Virus record (IMG/VR): IMGVR_UViG_3300005680_000002 | Source: an uncultured virus (IMG/VR IMGVR_UViG_3300005680_000002) | Taxonomy: Duplodnaviria > Heunggongvirae > Uroviricota > Caudoviricetes | DNA length: 64,000 bases | Direction: 5' to 3' (one strand) | Shown here: in pieces, positions 18,530-29,100 of the stretch | Numbering within the stretch: position 1 is the first letter of the stretch | How the letters are laid out: every line of letters starts with the position of its first letter | Position numbers and translations under genes: made by a program | The notes under the pieces: model-generated | Databases searched by the model: none | What the model saw: the letters and a program-made list of their open reading frames with translations, nothing else | What the model was told of the DNA's origin: nothing

Positions 18530-18916
18530 ATGCAACTCATCGCCGTGAAGTACCAGGGCAGGAAACGCTATCGGGACCGCACGCCGCTGCGCAACGAGTG
18601 GGAGCCCGGCGACGCCAAGCGCGTTCCCGAGCGCGACGCCAAGACACTCCTGCGCTTTGCCGAATTCACCCGCGCAGATGAAGCGGACATCACCGAGCAG
18701 CCCGGCGACGCCGAGGCCGTCATTGCCGCCCAAGCCCAGCGCGAGCAGGACGAACGCAACGAGACCGAATCCATGCTGATGCTGATCGACAGCATGGACA
18801 AGGACGCGCTCGAAGCCTACGCGCTCAAGTACGAGGTCCACCTCGACAAGCGCCGCGGCCTGGACAAGCTGCGCGGTGAGGTCGCGAGCCTGATCGAGCG
18901 GTTCGGAGCGCGCTGA
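18530..18916 (+). CDS. Hypothetical virion-associated protein
   Basis: GAGG RBS; C-terminal MDKDALEAYA...LDKRRGLDKLR helical motif. Confidence 0.65.
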   Translation: MQLIAVKYQGRKRYRDRTPLRNEWEPGDAKRVPERDAKTLLRFAEFTRADEADITEQPGDAEAVIAAQAQREQDERNETESMLMLIDSMDKDALEAYALKYEVHLDKRRGLDKLRGEVASLIERFGAR

Positions 18917-18917
18917 C

Positions 18918-19580
18918 GTGCGCCGCGAAGCCCTGCGCCGCCGCGTGCGCCTGCTGGCGCAAGACACCACTCTGCCGTATCTGTGGCAGGACGAGGACAT
19001 CGACGACTGGCTCAACGAGGCACAGCAAGAGGCTGCGATTCGAGCTCGGCTGCTGCGGGCGACGCCGACTTCGCACCCCGCGCTTTGCGAGTTCAGCCTG
19101 ACGGCCGGCGAGACCACCATCGCGCTCCCCGATCAACTCTACGAGATCAGCTATCAGGAGTGGCAGTCCGGCGGCGCGCGTCGTCCGCTCAAGCTGGTGA
19201 GCCGCGAATGGATGGACACCACGCTGCCCGGGTGGCGCGCGATGCCCGCAGCCGAGCCGGACTATCTGGTGCAGGACCGCCAGGCGCTCGAGGTCGTGCC
19301 GCCGCCGATCGCCGACGGCGCCGTGCTCATCGAAGGCTATCGACTCCCTGAGCCGATGGAGCTCGATGACGACGAGCCGCGCATCCCGCTCGCGCATCAC
19401 ATCCACCTCGTCCTGTGGGCTCTGCACATCGGCTACTCGCTGCCGGACGCCGAGACCCTCAATCCCGGCAAGTCGCAAGCCGCGGAAGCCGAGTTCACCC
19501 GCTACTTCGGCGCGCGACCGGACGCCGATCTCCGCGCCGACACGCGCAACGACGAAACGCACCGCATCGTCGCGTGGTAG
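18918..19580 (+). CDS. Head-tail adaptor-like protein
   Basis: PYLWQDEDIDDWLNEAQQEA N-terminus typical of podoviral adaptors. Confidence 0.65.
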   Translation: MRREALRRRVRLLAQDTTLPYLWQDEDIDDWLNEAQQEAAIRARLLRATPTSHPALCEFSLTAGETTIALPDQLYEISYQEWQSGGARRPLKLVSREWMDTTLPGWRAMPAAEPDYLVQDRQALEVVPPPIADGAVLIEGYRLPEPMELDDDEPRIPLAHHIHLVLWALHIGYSLPDAETLNPGKSQAAEAEFTRYFGARPDADLRADTRNDETHRIVAW

Positions 19581-19587
19581 AGATTCG

Positions 19588-19629
19588 CCCCCTGTAGGGC
19601 TGGATGATTGCCTGGCTGGCAGCAAGACT
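19588..19629 (+). promoter_or_regulatory. Late promoter element copy 3 (upstream of csrA-like/lysis/tail genes)
   Basis: CCCCCTGTAGGGCTGG + AAGACT at 19624-19629. Confidence 0.75.
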
Positions 19630-19657
19630 GCGCGCAATACGCACGACAGCCGACGCC

Positions 19658-19840
19658 ATGCCGAAACTCACCGCAGACATCAAGCCCAATCAAACCATCA
19701 CGATTGGCGACACCACCGTGCGGCTCGAGCGCAAGTCGGGCCAGATCGCCCGACTGGTAATCGACGCGCCGGAGCAAGTCCGGATCACGCTCCCAAGGCA
19801 AGCCGGTTCCGCAAAAACGGTGGGCCGCCACGATGCCTGA
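19658..19840 (+). CDS. csrA: CsrA/RsmA-like RNA-binding protein (60 aa)
   Basis: MPKLTADIKPNQTITIGDTTVRLERKSGQIARLVIDAPEQVRI aligns by eye with CsrA (L..L...GE...IGD..V......G...R.G..AP..V.V). Confidence 0.72.
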   Translation: MPKLTADIKPNQTITIGDTTVRLERKSGQIARLVIDAPEQVRITLPRQAGSAKTVGRHDA

Positions 19841-20168
19841 ATCCGATATCAACGTCGTCATCACGCGCCTGGGAATCCTCTCGGACGACGTAGGCGAGCT
19901 GAAAGAGACGCTGCGCCAGATCGCGACTGCCGTGACAAGGCTCGCGCTCGTCGAGGAACGTCAGAGCCAGACGAACGAGGCGCTGGGCCGCGCATTCAAG
20001 TCGATCGACAAGATCGACGGCAAACTGACCACGATCGAGCAGCGCGTTGCCACGATCGAGAAAGAGATACCGATGCAGCGCCAGGCCAGCGGATGGGTGC
20101 TCTCGGCGGTGTGGGCTGCGGCCGGGGCCGCAGTGTTGTTCGTCGCGAAAAAAGCGGGGATCGTATGA
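19833..20168 (+). CDS. Coiled-coil protein with C-terminal TM helix; putative holin/antiholin
   Basis: WVLSAVWAAAGAAVLFVAKK; directly upstream of endolysin. Confidence 0.6.
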   Translation: MPESDINVVITRLGILSDDVGELKETLRQIATAVTRLALVEERQSQTNEALGRAFKSIDKIDGKLTTIEQRVATIEKEIPMQRQASGWVLSAVWAAAGAAVLFVAKKAGIV

Positions 20169-20896
20169 AGCCCGACAGGTCACTGAACTGGCCCATCGCC
20201 TACGAGGCCGTGGAACTCATCGCCGAGGTCGAAGGCTGTCGGCTCACCGCATACCGCTGCCCTGCGGGCGTACCGACGATCGGATGGGGCCATACACGCG
20301 GGGTGCGTATGGGCGACACCTGCACACAAGAACAGGCCGACCGATGGCTCCTGGACGACGTAACGGAAATGGCCGACGGCGTTCGGAGCGTGCTCAAACG
20401 AGAAGCGTCCGGCGCTGAGCTTGGCGCAATGGTGTCGTTGGCGTTCAACATCGGGATGGGCAGCCGCGCTCGCAACATCGCGGGATTCGAGACATCGACC
20501 GTACTCCGCAAGCACAACGAGGGCGACCGCCAGGCCGCGGCGCGGGCCTTCGGGCTGTGGAACAAGGCCACGGTCAATGGCGTCAAGCAAGTCCTGCCAG
20601 GCCTGACCGCCCGCCGCGCCCGTGAGGCTGCGCTGTACCTCGCCGACCAAGGGCAGCCGATGGCGCAAGCGGTGTTGCCCGAGTCGTCCATGGCACAAAG
20701 CCCGATCGCGCAAGCCAGCGTCACCGCAGCAGCCACCGCTCTTGCGGGCGTGCTGACCGAATCCACCGACACCGGCAAAGCGATTGCCGCTGCGCTCGGG
20801 ATCGAGCCGATGTGGGGCGTGCTGCTGGCTGTGCTCTGGACCAGCGGAGTGGCGCTCTACCAGCGCATCAAACAGCGCCGGGAGGGCTGGGCATGA
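20165..20896 (+). CDS. GH24 lysozyme endolysin with hydrophobic C-terminal extension
   Basis: EGCRLTAYRCPAGVPTIGWGHT, SLAFNIG, WNKA...LPGLTARRARE. Confidence 0.9.
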   Translation: MKPDRSLNWPIAYEAVELIAEVEGCRLTAYRCPAGVPTIGWGHTRGVRMGDTCTQEQADRWLLDDVTEMADGVRSVLKREASGAELGAMVSLAFNIGMGSRARNIAGFETSTVLRKHNEGDRQAAARAFGLWNKATVNGVKQVLPGLTARRAREAALYLADQGQPMAQAVLPESSMAQSPIAQASVTAAATALAGVLTESTDTGKAIAAALGIEPMWGVLLAVLWTSGVALYQRIKQRREGWA

Positions 20897-21072
20897 GCTA
20901 CACCGAGCTGCCGATGGCCTGCCGCCAGTGCGCGCACCGGCACAGCCAGTACATCTACCCGGCCTGGAGCCACAAGTGCCTCAAGGTGAAACCTATGGTC
21001 GAGGGTTGCAACTGGAAGCAGGCCCGCCACCTGAATTTCGAGGAGAACGAACGTGCTCGCACCGGTGACTGA
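20893..21072 (+). CDS. Small Cys-rich protein (CxxC..C..GCxW)
   Basis: ACRQCAH...KC....PMVEGCNW; ATGA coupling. Confidence 0.6.
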   Translation: MSYTELPMACRQCAHRHSQYIYPAWSHKCLKVKPMVEGCNWKQARHLNFEENERARTGD

Positions 21073-21232
21073 CCTTGCCCGCTGGAAGGCGGCGCACTCC
21101 CGCCCGCTGGTGATCGACTACTGCCGGTGGCACCAGGCGGCCGAGGCTGCTATGCGCGCGAACGTCAACGCCTGGATCACGCTGACCTTCGTCTGGCCGC
21201 GCGTGATGCTGCGGACCTGCTTCGGGGTGTGA
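21053..21232 (+). CDS. Small hypothetical protein (59 aa, below ORF-track cutoff)
   Basis: GAGGAG RBS then GTG CTC GCA...; fills gap to 21234. Confidence 0.5.
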   Translation: MLAPVTDLARWKAAHSRPLVIDYCRWHQAAEAAMRANVNAWITLTFVWPRVMLRTCFGV

Positions 21233-21233
21233 C

Positions 21234-21797
21234 GTGGCCGACATCGCGATCGTCAAGGGTAGCACCTACCGCGACGTGCTCCGCTGGGCCACGGCGGAAT
21301 GCGTGTTTGTGCAGGCGACGCTCATTCCGGGCGCGCCCGTCCGACTGAGCGCGACCGCCCACGGCATCCCCGACGGCTGGCCACTCGTGCATGTGGAGGG
21401 CTCGACGAACATCGATCCCGCCCGCGCGCAGACCGTCCGTGTCGTGGATGCCGACACCCTGGAGATCCCCTGCCTGAACGGCACGAAGTTCAAGGCTGGG
21501 CCTATCGTCCTCCGCGTGTACAAACCGGTCGAGCTCGCTGGGTATCAGGCGCGCATGCAGATTCGCGATCGCGTCGGCGGCACGGTGTTGCTCGAGCTCT
21601 CCAGCTTCGCCATCCCCGGCGATCCGCGGATCATCCTGGACGAGGTCGCCAAGACCATCACGCGCGAGATTCCTGCGAGCGTGACGGCTGACCTGTCCTG
21701 GAGGCGCGGCGTGTTCGACTTGGAAATGGTCGTCGGTAACGACGTGACCAAGATCGAGTCGGGCGCGGTGACGACGCAGGACGAGGTAACGAAATGA
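21234..21797 (+). CDS. Virion/tail structural protein (BppU-like beta-sandwich)
   Basis: PVELAGYQARMQIRDRVGG...GVFDLEMV pattern. Confidence 0.65.
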   Translation: MADIAIVKGSTYRDVLRWATAECVFVQATLIPGAPVRLSATAHGIPDGWPLVHVEGSTNIDPARAQTVRVVDADTLEIPCLNGTKFKAGPIVLRVYKPVELAGYQARMQIRDRVGGTVLLELSSFAIPGDPRIILDEVAKTITREIPASVTADLSWRRGVFDLEMVVGNDVTKIESGAVTTQDEVTK

Positions 21798-22114
21798 CCA
21801 CCGCGAGGCAGCAGACGCTCGTCGTGACCGAGAAGCGCCTGCAGCACGAGGTAATCGTCGCCGAGCCGCCGCAGCGCGCGATCGTGGCGGCCGGCCAGCA
21901 AGGCCCCGCCGGCCCGGCGGCGCCCTACCACCGCCACAACCAGACCGCACCGGCTGACACCTGGACCGTGAATCACAACTTCGGCAGCCGTCCGCTGGTG
22001 AGCGTGTTCAGCATGGGCGGGCGCGAAATGTGGGCCGAGGTCGTCCATGCATCCGACAACCAAGCCCTGATCTACTTCGACGCCCCGACGGCGGGCTACG
22101 CCATCTGCACATAA
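21794..22114 (+). CDS. Short fiber/virion protein with collagen-like triplets
   Basis: GQQGPAGPA...WTVNHNFGSRP. Confidence 0.65.
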   Translation: MTTARQQTLVVTEKRLQHEVIVAEPPQRAIVAAGQQGPAGPAAPYHRHNQTAPADTWTVNHNFGSRPLVSVFSMGGREMWAEVVHASDNQALIYFDAPTAGYAICT

Positions 22115-22124
22115 GGAGCCTCGC

Positions 22125-22916
22125 ATGGCACTCGACGTTCAACGGTCACTCGATTTCGGCAACGCCCGCAAGATCCTCAACCTCCCCGACCCGGCGAACC
22201 CGCAGGACGCCGCAACCAAGTCCTACGTGGACTCGGCGGTCGAAGGGCTCGCATGGAAGGACTCGTGCCGCGTTTCGACGCAAGGCAACCTCAACCTGTC
22301 GTCTCCGGGCGCGAGCATCGACGGCGTGACCATGGCGGCCGGCGATCGCGTGCTGGTGCGCGCGCAAACCGCAGGCGCCGAGAACGGCATCTACGTGTGG
22401 AACGGCGCGGCCGTCCTCATGACACGCGCCCTGGACGCCAGCACCGCTGCCGAGCTCGAGCAAGCGATCACGACGATCGAGGAGGGCACTTCGGCCGGCG
22501 CCTCGTTCCGGCAGTCCGTCGTGAATGCGACGCTGGGCACCACAGCGCTCTCGTGGACGACCTTCGGCGCATCCGTGCCGCCGGCCACCACCAGCACCGC
22601 CGGCACGGTGACGCTCGCCACCCAAGCCGAGGTCGACGCCGGCGCAAACACCTCCAAGGTCGTGACGCCTGCGACCCTGGCCGCCTCGCCGTGGGCAACG
22701 AGGAAGTACAGCGCGAACATCGGCGATGGTGCGGCGACCAGCTACACCGTGACCCACAACCTGAACACCCGTGATGTGACCGTCGAGGTGTTCCGCAACA
22801 GCGGGAACTACGACTCGGTGCTGGTCGAGGTGCAGCGCACGAGCGTGAACGCCATCGCCATCCTCTTCGATACGGCACCCACGGCGAACGCCTACCGTGT
22901 GCTGGTGAGGGCGTAA
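22125..22916 (+). CDS. Tail/head fiber protein
   Basis: DPANPQDAATKSYVD, GDRVLVRAQT...ENGIYVW, ATQAEVDAG, VTHNLNT. Confidence 0.8.
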   Translation: MALDVQRSLDFGNARKILNLPDPANPQDAATKSYVDSAVEGLAWKDSCRVSTQGNLNLSSPGASIDGVTMAAGDRVLVRAQTAGAENGIYVWNGAAVLMTRALDASTAAELEQAITTIEEGTSAGASFRQSVVNATLGTTALSWTTFGASVPPATTSTAGTVTLATQAEVDAGANTSKVVTPATLAASPWATRKYSANIGDGAATSYTVTHNLNTRDVTVEVFRNSGNYDSVLVEVQRTSVNAIAILFDTAPTANAYRVLVRA

Positions 22917-22919
22917 GCG

Positions 22920-24470
22920 ATGGCGATCGAGGTTCTGAGGGATGTGCTTCGCGGCGGCAAGTCGGCGTTCGAGTTCGGCGATCCAGCAGTGCAGGGACCG
23001 AACGACTACAACGACGCGATCGTCCCAGGCATATGGGGAGGACCAGGGGCGTCCGCGGCCAATAGGCCGCCTGGGAGCGGCTCCTATCAACCGTACCTAG
23101 TGATGTCTAGTAGCGGCGGAAACCTTATTCAGATAGCTGCAGGCTCCAGCGAATTGTACTTTCGCAGCCGAATTACGGGCTCGTGGTCTTCTTGGCACAC
23201 CGTTTATCACAACGGGAACCTGACAACGAGCGCGCTGGTGGCGCTCCTCAACGGCTGCAACCTCACGGTCACAACCTTGCGGGCCAACTCGGTGATCCGT
23301 GGAGCTGTGCGTACTGGGGCGGAAGGCATGACCCTTCTATCCGAGGTTACGCACAACCTGCACCCGGAGGACGAGGGGACGTGCGTTTTGCCGTACTACT
23401 CGAACGACCTTGCCTATCTCTTGATGCGAGGCGGGAGTGTCGCCATTACCTCCGGGCACACACCGAACTCTGGGACCGCCGGCGACCTGAATAATCTGTT
23501 CGACTGCGGAACGTTAGCGCTGGGCTTCAGCGTTTCGACGCTCACAAATCCGCCGGTTGTCTTCGAGGTCACTCCGCATCGCGTGTTTAGGTATACGAAC
23601 GCAATCGGCTTCTCCGGCGGCAACGCTTTCAGGGCAAAAAACTTCACGATCGAGATCCGAGACGCCGTAACCGGGGTCTGGACGCAAATCGCCAGCAAGA
23701 CTGATTACCCCTACGGCACTTTCACGCGTGTCGTAAACTCGGGCATAAATGGACTTGACCGAATTCGGTATTCGTTTAGCAACTTCCAGGCATCGAGTAC
23801 GTTCCGCCTCAGTCAGTTCTTTGTCATGGAATACAAGTCTGCGCTCGGGCGCGACGTGTTCGTCACGCGGGACTACAGCTCCATTCTCGGATCGCTGACG
23901 GTCGGGCATGAGAACATCACTCCGACGACAATGCTTGCCGTCAATGGTGATGCCGGCCCGTACAACGACGACGGCGGCAACTGCGGCGTGGCCAGCAAGC
24001 GCTGGTCTCAGATCTATGCGGTTTCCGGGACCATCAACACCTCCGACGCCCGGCTCAAAACCCAGGTGCGACCGCTGGAGCAGGGCGAGCTGGCCGCCGC
24101 GATGGCGCTGTCGCGCGAGATCGGCATCTTTCAGTGGCTCAATGCGCTGGCCCACAAGGGCGATGCCGCACGTCTGCACACCGGCGTGACCGTGCAGCGC
24201 GTGATCGAGATCATGCATGCCCACGGCCTCGACCCGATGCGCTACGGCATGGTGTGCCACGACCAGTGGGATGCGCGCACGGTCGAGCACCCGGCCGAGA
24301 TCGGCGAGGACGCAGACGGACGCGAGATCGAGCTCGCGCCGGCGAGAACCGAAGTTGTGCAGGAGGCCGGCGACCGCTACAGCCTGCGCTACGACCAACT
24401 GCTGGCCTTCGCGGTGCGCGGGCTCGCCGAGCGCATTGCACGGCTGGAAGGACAGAAAGATTCGGCCTAA
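22920..24470 (+). CDS. Tail fiber/receptor-binding protein with C-terminal S74 intramolecular chaperone
   Basis: N-terminal knob-like YFRSR..GSWSSW; GTINTSDARLK...YSLRYDQLL autocleavage chaperone. Confidence 0.87.
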   Translation: MAIEVLRDVLRGGKSAFEFGDPAVQGPNDYNDAIVPGIWGGPGASAANRPPGSGSYQPYLVMSSSGGNLIQIAAGSSELYFRSRITGSWSSWHTVYHNGNLTTSALVALLNGCNLTVTTLRANSVIRGAVRTGAEGMTLLSEVTHNLHPEDEGTCVLPYYSNDLAYLLMRGGSVAITSGHTPNSGTAGDLNNLFDCGTLALGFSVSTLTNPPVVFEVTPHRVFRYTNAIGFSGGNAFRAKNFTIEIRDAVTGVWTQIASKTDYPYGTFTRVVNSGINGLDRIRYSFSNFQASSTFRLSQFFVMEYKSALGRDVFVTRDYSSILGSLTVGHENITPTTMLAVNGDAGPYNDDGGNCGVASKRWSQIYAVSGTINTSDARLKTQVRPLEQGELAAAMALSREIGIFQWLNALAHKGDAARLHTGVTVQRVIEIMHAHGLDPMRYGMVCHDQWDARTVEHPAEIGEDADGREIELAPARTEVVQEAGDRYSLRYDQLLAFAVRGLAERIARLEGQKDSA

Positions 24471-24481
24471 CGGCCACCCCC

Positions 24482-24499
24482 GGCGCGCAGGAGTGCGCC
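24482..24499 (+). promoter_or_regulatory. AGGA-loop RNA hairpin 1 (putative CsrA-type site)
   Basis: GGCGCGC-AGGA-GTGCGCC, followed by AGGAGCATC RBS. Confidence 0.6.
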
Positions 24500-24521
24500 A
24501 TGACACTAGGAGCATCAAGTC

Positions 24522-24929
24522 ATGGCCAACACTTTATACGACTTCGCCCGGCAGCGCTTTCTCGAGGCGCAGATCAACTGGATGACCGACACGATCAAAG
24601 TGATCCTGGTCGATACCAGCGCCTACACGCCGCAGACCTCGGTCCATCAGTATCTGTCGGACATTTCGAGCTCTGCGCGCATCGCCGGCCCGGTCACGCT
24701 GACCGCCAAGGCCACCGTTGGCGGTGCGGCTGACGGAGCGGACGTCACCTTCACGAGCGTCTCCGGGCCGTCGATCGAGGCGATCGTCATCTACGTCGAC
24801 ACAGGCACCGAGTCCACGAGCCCGCTGATTGCCTACATCGACACCGCGACCGGCTTGCCGATCACACCGAATGGTGGCGACATCATCGTTACCTGGGACA
24901 ACGGCGCCAACAAGATCTTCAAGGTCTAA
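24522..24929 (+). CDS. Tail/virion structural protein
   Basis: MANTLYD..R..FL...INW..DTIKV.LVD...GLPITPNGGDIIVTW. Confidence 0.75.
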   Translation: MANTLYDFARQRFLEAQINWMTDTIKVILVDTSAYTPQTSVHQYLSDISSSARIAGPVTLTAKATVGGAADGADVTFTSVSGPSIEAIVIYVDTGTESTSPLIAYIDTATGLPITPNGGDIIVTWDNGANKIFKV

Positions 24930-24933
24930 GGCG

Positions 24934-24949
24934 CGGCGCGCAGGAGTGC
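24934..24949 (+). promoter_or_regulatory. AGGA-loop RNA hairpin 2, containing the RBS of 24955
   Basis: CGGCGCGCAGGAGTGC, identical to 24481-24496. Confidence 0.55.
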
Positions 24950-24954
24950 ACGAC

Positions 24955-25272
24955 ATGGGTGTTCAGACCAACAAGCCGCCCCCCATCCGAGTTTCCGCCG
25001 AGGGGATCGCTCCGAAGCCGATCACGATGCACGAGGATCCGGCCCAGGCCGCCGCGGAGATCCAGCGGCTGCCCTTCCTGCCGCCGTTCCAAATGTTCGC
25101 TGCAGAGCGCATGCGCAACATGTCGCGCCACGACTCTGAGCAGCACGCCGCGAACTTTCTGCGCTCGCGCGGGACTGGCCTCGACGTGCTCGAAGAGTAC
25201 GTGCGCTGGCACGCGGAAAAGGGGTATTGGCCGAACGAAACGCCGTTCGGCGCGCTGAAAAACAAGGAGTAA
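24955..25272 (+). CDS. Hypothetical protein
   Basis: ATG 24955 after AGGAG; 105 aa. Confidence 0.65.
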   Translation: MGVQTNKPPPIRVSAEGIAPKPITMHEDPAQAAAEIQRLPFLPPFQMFAAERMRNMSRHDSEQHAANFLRSRGTGLDVLEEYVRWHAEKGYWPNETPFGALKNKE

Positions 25273-25275
25273 AGG

Positions 25276-26130
25276 ATGGCAACGTCGGTCATCGCCGGGG
25301 TGGTGTACGACGACGCCGGGCAGCCGGCGCCGGACCGGATTGTGCGGATCTACTCGCGTTCGACCGGAGCGATGCTGGGTGAAACCGTCACGCAAGGCGG
25401 GCCAGTCCAAACTACAGTTGATCCGTACTGGAATGACGTCATCCTCGCCATGCACATGAGCGGGCCAGATGGCGCGACGACGTTCGCAGATGAGAAAGGG
25501 GGAGCGAGTTCAAGTTCAGGCGTAGTGGCCAGCGGCGGGATGGCTTACTTCGACGGCTCGGCACAAATTGCTATTTCTACGCCGGATCTGAGCGGAGTAG
25601 ATTTCACCGTAGAGGCTTGGGTCGAATTTTCGTCCGGCGTTGGAACTAGGGCGATTATCACGCTGCCGGGCTACGAGTTTTACCGGCGAGGAGCTACCGG
25701 GTTTCTGTCGGTGTGGAATGGAACTGTTTACAGTGGCGGCGCCGTTGTGCCGCTAAATGAGCTCGTACATTGCGCATGGTCAAAAGAGGGAGACACGCAC
25801 CGACTGTTTGTCAGTGGAGTTTTGCAGCACACGTTCTCATTGATGGGCGGGCCGCCCGCGGGGTCGGCAATCATTGGCTCTTGGGTCGATGGATCGGAAA
25901 GGCTAGTCGGCTACATGAGCGACCTGAGAATCACAAGGGGCGTCGCGCGCTACACGGGCAATTTCACGCCGCCCGCGCGCCCATTTCCGGACGCAGACGA
26001 CTTGACTCCAACTGATCGCGGACGATACGAGATCGCCGTCGACTACGTCGGCGAGGTGCAGCGCATCGTCCTGGATGACGAGGCCGGGCTGCTGCACAAC
26101 GACCTGATCGACCGCATCGACTTGCCATGA
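25276..26130 (+). CDS. LamG/concanavalin-like domain virion protein
   Basis: DFTVEAWV...HCAW....HRLFVSG...GYMSDLRITRGVARYTGNFTPP. Confidence 0.82.
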   Translation: MATSVIAGVVYDDAGQPAPDRIVRIYSRSTGAMLGETVTQGGPVQTTVDPYWNDVILAMHMSGPDGATTFADEKGGASSSSGVVASGGMAYFDGSAQIAISTPDLSGVDFTVEAWVEFSSGVGTRAIITLPGYEFYRRGATGFLSVWNGTVYSGGAVVPLNELVHCAWSKEGDTHRLFVSGVLQHTFSLMGGPPAGSAIIGSWVDGSERLVGYMSDLRITRGVARYTGNFTPPARPFPDADDLTPTDRGRYEIAVDYVGEVQRIVLDDEAGLLHNDLIDRIDLP

Positions 26131-29100
26131 GCTACGCGAAGCCGAATCGGCTCTCGGCGGACGCAAGTTGGTTCGGTCGTGATCCCTACTCGCCGCCCGA
26201 AAGGTTGGCGGCCGATGCGACCTGGGCAGACCTCCCGGCTGTAACGGTGCAGGCCGTCGGCTTTGCCGCTGGTGCGTTCGGTGCGGCCAAGGTCGAGAAC
26301 TTCCGGCGCTACCTCCCCGTCACGATGGGCGTTCAGACCGCATTCACCGCGGCGTTCGTGCAGGGGGGGGTCAAGTACGTCACACCGAGCGGGATCTCCG
26401 CGCTCGACGCTCCGAAGCCGACGGTCATCAACACGACCGCGGACCAGACGGCGCGACCATCCGGCTTCAGCGCCCTGGGCATCGGTTCGCCCTGGCTCGA
26501 CCCGCGCTCCATCCGGCCGAGCGGCTACGTTGCCACCGCGTATGGCGACCAGCGGGCGCAGCGGCCGCCGCACCCCGTCGGCTTCGACGCGCTGCGCTTC
26601 GGCGCGGCCCAGATCCGGGACAAGGACAGTTATGCGCTGCCGGCAGGCGTGCCCACGCCAGAGGTCGGATTCCCGCGAGTACGCGATCGCGCCAGCAAGG
26701 TGCTGCACGCGGCCTCTCCGGTCTCCGCGGTCTTCGGCGACATCGGCGTCCGCCTGACGCGCAGGGCCGTTGCAGTACATGGCTTCGTGTCGCTCGAGGT
26801 CAGCGCCTGGGGCAGCGTGACCGCGCTGAACCGCCTTGTTCCGGTCACTGGCTTCATGGCGACTCGCCCCGGCGCTGCGACGATCGAGAACGCAGCGCTG
26901 GACCTTTCGCCGCCCGGGTTTGAGGCGCTGAGGGTCGGCGATGCGGCTGCGGGCTACCGGCACCGGGCGCTGATGACGACCGGCCTGCCGGCGCCATTCC
27001 CGCAGGTTTCGGCGCCGACGCTCACGAAGACGCCCAGCTTCGCGCCAACCGGATTCGATTCGCTCCTGATGCCGGGGCCGTGGATCGATTACGGGCTCCG
27101 CGAGCTCGGCACGCCCGGCCTGGATGCCGCGACCTTTGGAGACGGCGCCGTGGCACCCAAGCGCCGTCTCCTGTCGCTCGATGGGGGTGGCGCCAAGACG
27201 GACATCTATGGCGCGGCCCGGGTTGAGCACAGCGTCCGAGGAATGATCGGGAGTGGATTCGAGTCGGCGCTCTGCGGCGTCGGCCACGAAATCAGCCCAG
27301 CCGTTCGCTACGTGGTCCCGGAGTCGATCGGGCGTCCCGCCGCGTCCCGTCCGATGGTGGGCACGACCCGGCACCTTGGGCCGATCGGCTACGAGGCGAC
27401 CCGCTGGGGCGCGCGCATCATCCCTGAGTCGCAGTCGGCCTATCCTCATGGCTTCGGCACGCTGTTCGGATTGGCGACGACCTACAACCTCAAGCAGCAG
27501 GTGCGGCCGCAGGCGATCACGACCTTCCGGCAGCCGGAAGAGCGCTGGGGGCGCGCGCATGCCTTCAACCTGGTCCAGCACATTGAGCAGCGCCCGATCA
27601 CCGGCAGCGGGCTGGAGGCGCCTGAGTGGGCGCAGACCTGGACCGGAATCGCAAACCGCAACCGGCGCGCGCCGCTGCAGGGCTTCGTGGCGGCGCGCTT
27701 CGGTTACGCTCAGATCGACAACAACGCTCGCCAGATCCTCCCCAAAGGTGCGGCGCCGCAAGACCCAGCGCAGTTCTACAAGGCCGGGATGGTGTCGCAC
27801 CGGATCCGAAGCCTCTCGATCGAGGGCATGGAGCCGCCGTACATCTCATCGTGGGCCTGTGCGTTCAACAAGGCGTTTCCGCTTAAGCCGGCGGGCGCGA
27901 TCGCAACGCTCTTTGGCGCGGCCGGGGCAGAAAACCGATCGCGCGAGCTCAGGCGCATCGGGAATTTCACGACCGACGCTTACGGCACCCCGTTCATTGC
28001 CGATGCGGTGCGCAGGCTGTCGCTCGAGTCTCGGCACGCCATCCTGCCGCCGCGCATCGATCTACCCTATGTCGGGCTCTACACCCGCTACGTCGAGCCG
28101 CCTGGTGCGCCTGCAGCCGGGAGCGGGCTGGCGAGTCTTTCGATCGTCTTCCGCAAGATCACCCCGCGGTGGTTGCAGGTCGATCGGTTCGGCGAGCCTG
28201 TCGTGCGCAACCTGACGCCCGAACTGCGTGCCCGGGGCTACAACATGGAGGAGTACGGCAACACGCGCGTGCGGCTGCAATGGCGCCCGGTCAGCCCGAC
28301 AGGATCTAGCACGCAGATCTTCGGGCGGACGTCCATCGCGGACAGCCGCCGCAGCATCGTTGTGGCAGGGCGAAACAGCGTCGTCGTGAGCGACAAGCTC
28401 AGGGTCGAGAAGACGGGCACCCCGCCAATGGCAACGCAGTGGGTGTGGCTGTACGTGCCGGACTACAGCCTTGCGCCGGGAGCCGAGGATCCGAATGGCG
28501 AGCATTACGGCATCCGCCCACCAGGAACCAAGCAGTACGGCCAAGTTCCAGCTCCGGCGCTGAATCTGCAATTCCTGCTGGTCGAGCAACCCGACCCGAG
28601 CACGCTATTCGGATCAGCGAGGATCACGGCGAACAGCATCCGCGTGCCGTTCGGCTTCCACGACTACGAAGCGGTCTCGCAGCCGAACATTGAGCACAAG
28701 CACCGGCGCATCTACTGCGACACCAGCACCGACGGCGCGGATTTCATCGAGTTGATGCCGCAGCCCATGGGAAGGCCGCGCCTCTCCCCGCACACGGTCT
28801 ACGCCGGGATCGAGGCCCCCCCCCAGGCGCGGGTGAACCACCCCGTGCCCGGAGGTTCGCCGCCGCACATCATTGACGAGCGCCGCAGCGGCGGAGCAGA
28901 TATCCAGTGGGGGCGTGCGGTGGTGCAGAACCGCAATGCCACCATCTATGCGTCATCTGTGAGGTGGGTGCACGAAGATCTCGATTTTGTCCCGCCGAAG
29001 CCGCGCGTCGAGAACGCGCGCATCACTGTTGCGCCGCCTGGCATTCGGGCTCTGCGCATGGGCTACCCGCGGATCCCCGGGACTGCCTACGTGCGCTTTT

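Noticed and set aside
22920..26130. Diversity-generating retroelement or invertase shufflon acting on tail fibers
   Set aside because: No reverse transcriptase, no TR/VR pair with adenine-specific mismatches, no recombinase or inverted cassettes seen
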